From a virus: a stretch of DNA of 64,000 nucleotides. How positions within the stretch are numbered: the first letter of the stretch is position 1; each line of letters starts with the position of its first letter. Below, in pieces: positions 1 through 7,200 of the stretch. Under the pieces are notes generated by a model. It was not told where the DNA came from and did no database searches. It saw only the letters and a program-made list of their open reading frames with translations. The position numbers were made by a program, and so were the translations under genes. The stretch spans positions 1 to 64,000 of the IMG/VR virus record IMGVR_UViG_3300023223_001973. One strand, given 5' to 3'.

Positions 1-105
1 GAGTTGAATAGGGAGTCTCCTGCGTATGGTGAAGATGCTTTCTTACAACTGCTTGAGAAGTATGGTATTCACGGTAACGCTGTGATGGGTATGTTGACTG
101 GATAG
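1..105 (+). CDS. 3' end of a hypothetical gene truncated by the window edge
   Basis: Frame 1 is open from base 1 to TAG at 103-105, followed by GGAG and the next start. Confidence 0.5.
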   Translation, partial: ELNRESPAYGEDAFLQLLEKYGIHGNAVMGMLTG

Positions 106-113
106 GAGACGCT

Positions 114-896
114 GTGACCCCTGTGCATGAGCGTTGGAAGAATACAGGCCTTGTTGACAAGTATGTCGTCTCTAAGAAGGACGGCTCACCTGTCGCAGAG
201 GATGCTGAGTACTTCGTTCTCCGACTGGATGAGGCTTGCAAGGACCATAGGCATGTGATTGCGTGCCGTGCTGCGGCCTTCCTGTATGCTTCTATGATCC
301 GACAGCATCTTCCCTTGCTGTCCTCTGATATCATCCAGAAGATCAAGGTTCTGACTAAGGAACATTCAGAGGTTAACTGGTCCTCTATCTCGCCTGCAGA
401 GGTCTACCTTGAAACTGGACGACCCTCCAGTATGACCCATGAGGAATGGCTGATTACCATTGTGAATATCAAGGTTGCTATTGATGCTATCCGACAGGTG
501 CAGATTGATCTTCTGTCTGGCTTTCGTGAGTTTGTTGAGAAGAAGTTGGAGCTGGTCAAGTCTAAGGGCGACCCGCCAAGTGCTCTTGCTGTTGAAGGGT
601 TGCTCAATGACATGATTCAAGAGGTGGATGACACTGGCGCAACCTTAGGCCTCTGCATCTCTGTTCATGGCAAAGCTCCAGAGAAGGACCCTCTGACTGA
701 TATCTTCGAGACTGAGGATAAGCTCATTGCGGCCATAGGGCCTGTTAACCTCATTGGACATCTTCAATCTCATTGTTTGGCAACTGCTGATCATCCCACT
801 GAAGAGACCAAAGCTGAGACTGAGAAGTGGGAACGGACTGCCAAGATGTTGTATGAGGTTCACAACCAGTTGAAGGAGATCTGGGACCCTAGCTGA
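114..896 (+). CDS. Hypothetical phage protein
   Basis: 260-aa ORF with GGAG RBS; its stop TGA is the first three bases of the TGAACCT promoter box. Confidence 0.7.
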   Translation: MTPVHERWKNTGLVDKYVVSKKDGSPVAEDAEYFVLRLDEACKDHRHVIACRAAAFLYASMIRQHLPLLSSDIIQKIKVLTKEHSEVNWSSISPAEVYLETGRPSSMTHEEWLITIVNIKVAIDAIRQVQIDLLSGFREFVEKKLELVKSKGDPPSALAVEGLLNDMIQEVDDTGATLGLCISVHGKAPEKDPLTDIFETEDKLIAAIGPVNLIGHLQSHCLATADHPTEETKAETEKWERTAKMLYEVHNQLKEIWDPS

Positions 897-918
897 ACCT
901 AACACTCTCTTCTACGTA
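894..918 (+). promoter_or_regulatory. Phage ECF-type promoter TGAACCT-N14-CGTA
   Basis: TGAACCT 894-900, CGTA 915-918; same motif and spacing recur at seven other sites. Confidence 0.8.
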
Positions 919-955
919 CTATTGTCTAGTAGGCCTTTAGACAAAGGAGAGAGTC

Positions 956-1210
956 ATGGCATCAGTAAGAACCCAGGTTGCGGAAGCCGTTGCGGAGCGC
1001 ACATCGGACAACGGGAACTTCGAAGAGTACCGTTGCAAGTTCGATTGGGAGATCACGGACCAGCGTCTCCTGGCTCGTTTTATCGCGAAGGTGGAAGCTC
1101 ACGAACTGGAACCAAATCAGGTTCGTTGGTATGTGAAGCGCCTGAACTTCCGTAACGTCTTTATCCCAGACTCCGTTATTGACATGCTCCGCTCCGGCGT
1201 ATATGTCTAG
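956..1210 (+). CDS. Small hypothetical protein upstream of the RAMP gene
   Basis: 84 aa, AAGGAG RBS, first gene after the 894 promoter. Confidence 0.7.
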   Translation: MASVRTQVAEAVAERTSDNGNFEEYRCKFDWEITDQRLLARFIAKVEAHELEPNQVRWYVKRLNFRNVFIPDSVIDMLRSGVYV

Positions 1211-1239
1211 GCAATGCTGCCTAGACAAGGAGTTGGGTC

Positions 1240-1992
1240 ATGACGTATACACAGCGGGACCTCGATAAGCTTATGTCTAAGCGTCGGGGTCGGGCAATCG
1301 TCAAGTGTCGTGCTGTCCGCAAGATTGCGGGTGGCCAGCCTGCCGGTGACAAGGCTCTTGCAGCCTTCGTCAAGTATCACCTCGACCTGGATCCGGAAAG
1401 CAACGAAGGTAAGTCCGCTATCGCTCGGATCAAGAACGAGGAGATTGGGGAGAGGGATACCGGTACTCCCGAAGGCGAGCTGGACAACAAGGAAGTGTAT
1501 CAGGTCAACGTCATTCGACGGAATATGAATGGTCCCTTCCTCCTGGAACACCAGATCAAGGCCATGCTGAAGCAGTCTGCCAGCCGCCTTGGCTACTTTG
1601 TCAAGAAGCGTGGCTCCAAGGGTGACATGGCTGAGCTGGGCACAGTCCGCGCTCATGGAACCAGTCTTCAGTTTGCTCTCCGTCCTTGGGAAATTCACTT
1701 GCGCAAGAACGGGCAAAGTGCTCCCACCTCATACGACCAGATCACCGGTTGTGTGAGCACCACTCAGGGCAAGAAGTCCATCATGCACCATACCGAAGTG
1801 GCGGATGAGGGCTCCGAGTTTGCCTTCGAGTTCGACTGGATTCCTGACAAGCTGGGCAAGAATGCCATGCTGGAGATCATTGCTGCTGCCACGCAGATCG
1901 GCATTGGTTCCTGTCAGAGCTTGGGCTACGGGAAGTTCGAGGTCGTGGAGCTGGATATTGACATGCCTGTTAAGGTTAAGAAGGAGGCATAA
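1240..1992 (+). CDS. Stand-alone Cas7/Csm3-like RAMP-superfamily protein
   Basis: C-terminal G-rich loop IGIGSCQSLGYGKFEV, central 'FLLEHQIKAMLKQSA' helix (cf. P..S.KG.lR), 'TEVADEGSEFAFEF' strand; AAGGAG RBS. No other cas genes in the window. Confidence 0.8.
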   Translation: MTYTQRDLDKLMSKRRGRAIVKCRAVRKIAGGQPAGDKALAAFVKYHLDLDPESNEGKSAIARIKNEEIGERDTGTPEGELDNKEVYQVNVIRRNMNGPFLLEHQIKAMLKQSASRLGYFVKKRGSKGDMAELGTVRAHGTSLQFALRPWEIHLRKNGQSAPTSYDQITGCVSTTQGKKSIMHHTEVADEGSEFAFEFDWIPDKLGKNAMLEIIAAATQIGIGSCQSLGYGKFEVVELDIDMPVKVKKEA

Positions 1993-2630
1993 CTCGACCT
2001 TACGAAGCACAGCGGCCATGCATCATTCCACCGCGCGAGACGAAGCGGCATTGCGTCACAAGACTTGACATATCATGACGAAGAGGCAAAGCAACATGAT
2101 GCATGGCGTAACTAAGCGGCATGACAGGATGTAACTTAACCCAACGTAGAGGCTTAACCAGTCCAAGCTGGTCGGTACTGAACTAAGCGGCTATACAATG
2201 CACGTCTTTACGAAGCGGCGGGACCAGATAAGTCGTGACACTACCCGACGGAGTGGCAGAGCCTTACTCGACATTACTTTACGGAGTGGCAATGCAAGGC
2301 TGAGCAGTGCCGAGCGGCAGGACATAGCTCTACGCTACCACACGCAGAGGCACTACTGAATCATGCCTGACATTGCTTAACAAAGCGGCAGGACGCTACT
2401 CCACACGACGAAGTGGCATGACGCGACTCCACAGGACATGGCGGCTCGACAAGACCGAGCACTATAAGGCTGAACTGGACGAAACAGAGTGGCCAAGCCT
2501 GATGAATCTGTGCGACACAAAGCGAAGTGGCAAGACGGGATGGTACGCCACCTAACTGAACGCAGCGGCAAGTCAAAACAGGACGATACATTGCTGAGAG
2601 GCGAGACAAAACGGGACATTACGCCGCGGC
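1989..2630 (+). repeat. Pentamer-periodic array: 19 units of (NNN-RC)n closed by NNAGH-GGC; putative guide-RNA array
   Basis: Parsed by hand without gaps: 117 pentamers plus 19 GGC trimers = 642 nt; unit lengths 28/33/38/48; the 98 internal pentamers end in AC (60), GC (23), AT (8) or TC (7). Confidence 0.92.
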
Positions 2631-2635
2631 ATAGC

Positions 2636-2660
2636 TGAACCTAAAGACCTCCTCTACGTA
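2636..2660 (+). promoter_or_regulatory. Phage ECF-type promoter
   Basis: TGAACCT 2636-2642, N14, CGTA 2657-2660, directly after the array. Confidence 0.8.
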
Positions 2661-2680
2661 TTGTAAGTGAGGAGATTATT

Positions 2681-3037
2681 ATGAGTAAGGTTGCTGACAA
2701 ACTCCGGGTTATCAAGATCTATAATGATCATGGGATCTCTGAGCCTGGCGGTGTTTACATCTCCCGTAGATCACGAGGTCCCTGGAAACCACCTGCTTGG
2801 ATAGTTCACATTCAAGGTAAGAGCTTCAAGACTGCTGGTCGTGAGGATAATGGTGGTAGGGCCTTTCGTATTGAGGGCCGTGGAGATGTGAAGGACTGTC
2901 TCGCGAGAGCTATTGATTGGTGTCAGCAGAACCTTGGGACGTATTACTTTGTGAAGTCACCTTTCGGTGGCGGAAACATGGTTCAGGAGTCCTTCCTCAA
3001 GAAGGCCATCAAGAAAGCTGATGATGTGCTTGCCTGA
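2681..3037 (+). CDS. Hypothetical protein
   Basis: 118 aa, GAGGAG RBS, downstream of promoter. Confidence 0.7.
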   Translation: MSKVADKLRVIKIYNDHGISEPGGVYISRRSRGPWKPPAWIVHIQGKSFKTAGREDNGGRAFRIEGRGDVKDCLARAIDWCQQNLGTYYFVKSPFGGGNMVQESFLKKAIKKADDVLA

Positions 3038-3168
3038 TGACCTTCCAACTCTGGCCCTTCCTCAGTGGGAACTGGAGATGCTTGAATTTCAGAAGAAGCT
3101 GAAAAAGGAAATGGATGCTTATTTCCGCTCTAAAATGATAGTTCCTGCTAAATACTTTGGAGGCCCTT

Positions 3169-3672
3169 ATGAAAGTAGTCGATCTGTTAGAACTGATCAA
3201 GGACGTGGACCTGGAGGCAGAGGTCCCGAGCGAGATCATCGACAAACTGACCCAGGTACCTGATGGCTCACCGCCTCGCCCTGTCCGTGGTAAGCTTCCC
3301 AACCGTCGCAATGGAATAACCCAGAAGGTATCTGTTGCTCAGCAGACAGTCTATCTCCGATCTGGACTGTATGAAGATGGTTCTCTGGGTGAGATATTCA
3401 TTGACATGTCCAGACAGGGTGCTGGTTATCGTTCCATTATGGGCTGCTTTGCTATCGCGGTAAGTCTTGGTTTGCAGCATGGTGTACCGCTTGAACGCTT
3501 TGTTAATGCTTTTGTATGGACAAGATTCGATCCGCAAGGCCAAGTTGCTGGCCATCCTTCTATAAAACACTGTACGTCAGTGGTGGACTATATCTTTAGA
3601 GACTTGGCTTATCACCATCTTGGTGATGAGGATATGGCTAAGTATGATCCTAAGGAGCACTCTTACCTATAA
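3169..3672 (+). CDS. Stand-alone class II ribonucleotide reductase (NrdJ) C-terminal TSCPD-like domain
   Basis: [14 protein letters not shown]...[14 protein letters not shown]...[15 protein letters not shown]...[11 protein letters not shown]; GGAGG RBS before ATG 3169. Confidence 0.8.
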   Translation: MKVVDLLELIKDVDLEAEVPSEIIDKLTQVPDGSPPRPVRGKLPNRRNGITQKVSVAQQTVYLRSGLYEDGSLGEIFIDMSRQGAGYRSIMGCFAIAVSLGLQHGVPLERFVNAFVWTRFDPQGQVAGHPSIKHCTSVVDYIFRDLAYHHLGDEDMAKYDPKEHSYL

Positions 3673-3687
3673 TGTCACGTAACCGAC

Positions 3688-3999
3688 TTGATCCCAGAGT
3701 CTACAGAGGTAAACGTACTACCGGTGAGGACTCATGCCGGGCATGCTCTGGTTCAGGTATCCAGCATCACGATCGGGCAGTCTGTCGCGTATGTAAAGGT
3801 AGTGGAAAGGCACAAGATGACAGACAAGGAAGAAGTAAAGGTCACTGATAAGCAGTTCTGCGATCCCAAGGGCACTGCTTTTAATAGGGAGGCAGGCCAC
3901 TTGCATGAACTGTGTGGAACTCCGATGAAACCTCTGTTCATGGGTAATGCTCTGTATGGACACCGGTGTCCCAAGTGTAATGTTGAGGTTGAGGCATGA
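3688..3999 (+). CDS. Small hypothetical protein, possible Zn ribbon
   Basis: LCGTPM...HRCPKC; start uncertain. Confidence 0.5.
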   Translation: MIPESTEVNVLPVRTHAGHALVQVSSITIGQSVAYVKVVERHKMTDKEEVKVTDKQFCDPKGTAFNREAGHLHELCGTPMKPLFMGNALYGHRCPKCNVEVEA

Positions 4000-4181
4000 T
4001 TAAGAAATCCCCACGTAATTCATATAAGAAGCGTGTACAAGACTTATTTCCTGAGTCAAAGGCCTGGAAGGTGGGAAGGAAGAAGTGGAGGATTCTTACC
4101 TCTCAGGGTCATGTCATTGGTGAACACATTTCTCCTGGTAAGGCTTGGGAGAACGCGGCTAAGCTATTTAAGTTGACATAA
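3996..4181 (+). CDS. Small basic hypothetical protein
   Basis: ATGA overlap with previous gene, GAGG RBS. Confidence 0.55.
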   Translation: MIKKSPRNSYKKRVQDLFPESKAWKVGRKKWRILTSQGHVIGEHISPGKAWENAAKLFKLT

Positions 4182-4186
4182 CTTAT

Positions 4187-4200
4187 TGCTCTTTGACAAT
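4187..4200 (+). promoter_or_regulatory. boxA-like antitermination site
   Basis: TGCTCTTTGACAAT vs rrn boxA TGCTCTTTAACA; intergenic. Confidence 0.55.
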
Positions 4201-4240
4201 TTAGTCAACCCTAACCTGCCTTGAAAGGGGGTGATGTGCA

Positions 4241-4513
4241 ATGGCAGACAAACGTTTGGCGAAGCCCGGCGACGTGGTTGTATACCACGATCCAAAGGGT
4301 GTGCCGCATAACGCTCTGGTAACCATAGCGTGGACTGAGACCTGCATCAACCTGGTGCTTGTATCGGATGATGAGGATAAGCAGGATACGTATGGTCGTC
4401 AGATTGAGCGGCAAACTTCGATGGCTCACGTTGATGAGTCAACGGTGCATGGATTCTACTGGCGTTGGCCCGATGAGGAACCCAACCCATACGTGCCGCC
4501 GAAGTCGAAGTAG
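4241..4513 (+). CDS. Hypothetical phage protein
   Basis: 90 aa, AAGGGGGT RBS. Confidence 0.7.
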   Translation: MADKRLAKPGDVVVYHDPKGVPHNALVTIAWTETCINLVLVSDDEDKQDTYGRQIERQTSMAHVDESTVHGFYWRWPDEEPNPYVPPKSK

Positions 4514-4586
4514 CCAGCAAGCGGCTTGGAACCTTAACGGAACCTGTTAGCCCGCAATCTGCCATAAGGGTTGACTGAGAGTTTAG

Positions 4587-4704
4587 AGTGGCTGCTGACG
4601 GACCTGATCAGTCCGTGCAACTGGCTGTATAATTCGAGTGGGGGAAGCGCCCACAGGGTTGCTCCAATCGTGGAGATATTGAGCACACGGTCCAGCCAGC
4701 CACT
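4587..4704 (+). ncRNA. Putative structured ncRNA of unknown class
   Basis: Terminal helix AGTGGCTG/CAGCCACT; internal hairpins ACGGAC/GTCCGT, GTGGG/CCCAC, CTCCA/TGGAG. Confidence 0.5.
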
Positions 4705-4718
4705 TGTTCTTTGACAAT
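4705..4718 (+). promoter_or_regulatory. boxA-like antitermination site
   Basis: TGTTCTTTGACAAT, ending 2 nt before the tmRNA 5' end. Confidence 0.55.
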
Positions 4719-4720
4719 AT

Positions 4721-5070
4721 GGGGGTGAATTGGATTCGACTGGCTGTATGAGCTATCGTGCTGCGTGTCGTGGTTGGTCGGTTGGCCACGTTAAAAGCCG
4801 TCCAAAAGCTTATCTGCGGAATATACCGCACGTCTGCGCTTGGTCTCCGGACCACGTGCCGTCGCTGCCTGAGCGATGTACCCAAGAAGGCACTTCGTCA
4901 AGGTGTCCCGCTGAAGACGGTTTTAGTTGGTGGGAGGACAGGTGGGGAAAGACCCACTGCCGAACCTGCGTCACGAGGGCCGGGCAATAAACGGAAACAG
5001 TGACTATGCATGTAGACGCCGGTAGTTTGGCAGTTCCAGCACGTGGGTTCGACTCCCACCACCTCCACCA
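4721..5070 (+). ncRNA. ssrA: tmRNA; tag reading frame AEYTARLRLVSGPRAVAA* (4816-4872)
   Basis: 5' GGGGGTGAATTGGATTCGAC; 3' T-arm GTGGGTTCGACTCCCAC then CACCTCC-ACCA; acceptor stem with G3.U Ala determinant; internal ORF ends in AVAA. Confidence 0.95.
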
Positions 5071-5077
5071 AATTAAG

Positions 5078-5169
5078 TCCCTGCTGCGGAGCGTCTTAAG
5101 TGGCGCATGGGAGAGCTCCTCGTGCACAGAGGAGAGGCAACCGGAAGATGGGTATCCGGCCAGTGGGGA
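5078..5169 (+). ncRNA. Putative cloverleaf-like RNA between tmRNA and tRNA-Asn
   Basis: Closing helix TCCCTGCTG/CAGTGGGGA and three hairpins (GCGTC/GGCGC, CTCCTC/GAGGAG, CCGGA/TCCGG); no TTCGA loop or CCA. Confidence 0.5.
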
Positions 5170-5175
5170 ATCTAT

Positions 5176-5250
5176 TGACCTGTAGCTCAATGGTAGAGCG
5201 CCTGGCTGTTAACCAGGAAGTTGGAGGTTCGAGCCCTCCCGGGTCAGCCA
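5176..5250 (+). tRNA. tRNA-Asn (GTT)
   Basis: TGACCTG/CGGGTCA acceptor stem, D-arm AGCTCAATGGTAGAGC, anticodon arm CCTGG-CTGTTAA-CCAGG, GGTTCGAG, encoded CCA. Confidence 0.95.
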
Positions 5251-5260
5251 AAGGAACGAC

Positions 5261-5521
5261 ATGGACACCATGAAGAAGGGGAACATGCAGGACCAGGCTA
5301 TGGGAACCTGGTTTGTGGATTCCACTGGTACTGTCTTTCTGAAGTGTCCCTTGTGTGGTAGGGTTGGTAGTCTTCGATCTCCTGGGGATAAGGAGGGTCA
5401 TGAGATTGACTCTTACGGTGTAGTCTCTCCTTCTTTAATATGTCCTCGTAAGGGTTGTCCATTTCATACTGAGATTCAGCTTGAGGATTGGAAAGATGAA
5501 GCGCACAAGCCGTTGTCCTGA
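5261..5521 (+). CDS. Small putative Zn-binding protein
   Basis: CPLC...H...CPRKGCPFH. Confidence 0.6.
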   Translation: MDTMKKGNMQDQAMGTWFVDSTGTVFLKCPLCGRVGSLRSPGDKEGHEIDSYGVVSPSLICPRKGCPFHTEIQLEDWKDEAHKPLS

Positions 5522-5726
5522 GATTAATGAGCGTAGGCTTCGAGCTCGCTTGGAAGGTGAGATTAATCAGGCTTGCAAGGAAGGTCTTATTACTGATGGT
5601 AAGATATTTAATGTTGACTGCTCTCACCCTCATGGCGACAGTGCTCACTTTGCTCTCAAGCCTTCTAAGGGTGGTGAAACTTTACCCGCGGCTATGCGTC
5701 TCTTCGAGGCTGGGTCAAGAGAGTGA
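5496..5726 (+). CDS. Hypothetical protein
   Basis: Short ORF filling the gap; ATG 5496. Confidence 0.4.
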   Translation: MKRTSRCPEINERRLRARLEGEINQACKEGLITDGKIFNVDCSHPHGDSAHFALKPSKGGETLPAAMRLFEAGSRE

Positions 5727-5729
5727 GAC

Positions 5730-6326
5730 GTGGTTACTAGCTCCCTAAGTGAGGTTGGGTTTGCTATAGGGAATGGAGAGACAAGGAATGGCGTCGATCT
5801 CGGACATATCTCTCAGTATGGTGTTATCTACGGCTGTAATGCGCTATATCGCGACTTCTCTCCTGACATCCTAGTCTCTGTTGATCGTCTTATGATTGGC
5901 GAGATCATGGAGTCTGATTACTCGGGCCGCATGATCTATCGATCTCGTGAGGAGAAAGGTTGGTTGCACTCTACCTGGGAAGATAGGTCATATATTGATA
6001 AAGGGTGGTCAGCAGGCCCGACTGCTGTATGGTTGATGTGTAAGCGACATGTGAACATTAGGCGTATATTCCTAGTAGGATTTGATTTGGATAGTACACC
6101 CGGATCAGGTGGGAAAGATCATCAGAACAACATCTACAAAGGAACCGCCAATTATCGTACGGCTGATGATCCTAATGCTCCTTCAAGGAACTGGGAGAAG
6201 CAGCTCTTGCAGGTGTTTAAGGAGTTTGGGCATATCCAGTTTGTAAGGGTTGGTGGGGAGGATCCACCAATACCCTGGCGACAGTTCTCTAACGTGTATC
6301 AAAACGACCTTGATATCTTGCCTTAG
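5730..6326 (+). CDS. GT29/Maf-like (DUF115-type) nucleotide-sugar transferase-fold protein
   Basis: AIGNGETR, IYGCNALYRDFSPDILVSVD, SAGPTA, IFLVGFD motifs. Confidence 0.65.
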   Translation: MVTSSLSEVGFAIGNGETRNGVDLGHISQYGVIYGCNALYRDFSPDILVSVDRLMIGEIMESDYSGRMIYRSREEKGWLHSTWEDRSYIDKGWSAGPTAVWLMCKRHVNIRRIFLVGFDLDSTPGSGGKDHQNNIYKGTANYRTADDPNAPSRNWEKQLLQVFKEFGHIQFVRVGGEDPPIPWRQFSNVYQNDLDILP

Positions 6327-7200
6327 GGGGTGTATTATTATCGTTCAGGTGCCTACCGGGATTGGAGACTTCTCTTGGGTCTATAGCAAACTTGCTTCTC
6401 TTGAGATTCCAGTGACAATAGAGGTCTGTGCCGGAGGACCTGCTCGCCTTCAACCTATAGCTGAGCTGCTTCCTCGCATTGAGAGGATGTATACTGGAAA
6501 TATAGGTTATGGTGAGCTAGCTGTGAAGCAGCTGCCTGCCGAGACAACTCGTGCTCAGTTGATGGCCTGGCCCGCAGGTGCACCTATTCCACTCTCATGC
6601 AATACCCACCTGGAGAATGGTAATCGTGTGGAGACCTGGCTCCCAGATATTCCTACCTATCACCATTACCCTGTTCTAGTCTCTCAGCAGGACATTGACC
6701 AGGCCAAGGCTCTTGTTCCCTTCAAGGACTATGTCTGTATCTATGCCTCAAGTAAGGCTACTTGTGCTACCTGGACGGGGTGGATGGGTCCTCAGTGGGT
6801 CGAGTTTATGAATCTATTCCGGGATAAGATAGCACCTATGAGCTTTGTTCTGATTGGTGCACAATGGGATGTGGATCTTGGAGTAGAGGTTCAACAGTGT
6901 GCTGCTGTTGCTCAGATACCCTTTGTTAATCTAGTGAACCTAACCAGGTTGGGTACTGCCTTAAAGATTATCAAGAACTCTCATTATATGGTGTCATTCC
7001 CGTCTGGGATGGGCATTATGTCTCATGTTATTCGTCAGCCCTGCACAATGTTCTATCCTTCTCCTCTTGTCAAGATGCTTCGTACTTTTGTATCTCCAGA
7101 GTCAGCTGCTCTGAATAGGTTTCATGAGACTATTTTCTGCCCACCTGCAGAGCTTATACAATGGCTGCTTGATGTTTATAAGATTAAGGAGCATCTATGA
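6250..7200 (+). CDS. GT9-like (heptosyltransferase-fold) glycosyltransferase; true start probably near 6337
   Basis: IIVQVPTGIGD N-terminal motif; NLVNLTRLGTALKIIKNSHYMVSFPSGMGIMS C-terminal GT-B motif. Confidence 0.7.
   Translation: MVGRIHQYPGDSSLTCIKTTLISCLRGCIIIVQVPTGIGDFSWVYSKLASLEIPVTIEVCAGGPARLQPIAELLPRIERMYTGNIGYGELAVKQLPAETTRAQLMAWPAGAPIPLSCNTHLENGNRVETWLPDIPTYHHYPVLVSQQDIDQAKALVPFKDYVCIYASSKATCATWTGWMGPQWVEFMNLFRDKIAPMSFVLIGAQWDVDLGVEVQQCAAVAQIPFVNLVNLTRLGTALKIIKNSHYMVSFPSGMGIMSHVIRQPCTMFYPSPLVKMLRTFVSPESAALNRFHETIFCPPAELIQWLLDVYKIKEHL

Noticed and set aside
2361-2619. Short ORFs within the array (2373..2555 +, 2361..2609 -, 2377..2619 -)
   Set aside because: No RBS, cover only part of the array, and a 5-nt period with 3-nt breaks does not fit codon constraint.
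1989-2630. Conventional CRISPR array
   Set aside because: Only a ~6-nt delimiter is conserved; there are no 23-47-nt direct repeats, and the intervening sequence is itself periodic.
4595-4640. Hammerhead ribozyme (CTGATCA resembles CUGANGA)
   Set aside because: Core is mismatched, sits in a hairpin loop, and no GAAA partner is positioned correctly.
4583-5190. ORFs overlapping the tmRNA region
   Set aside because: Explained by structured RNA genes; only the tag frame is meaningful.
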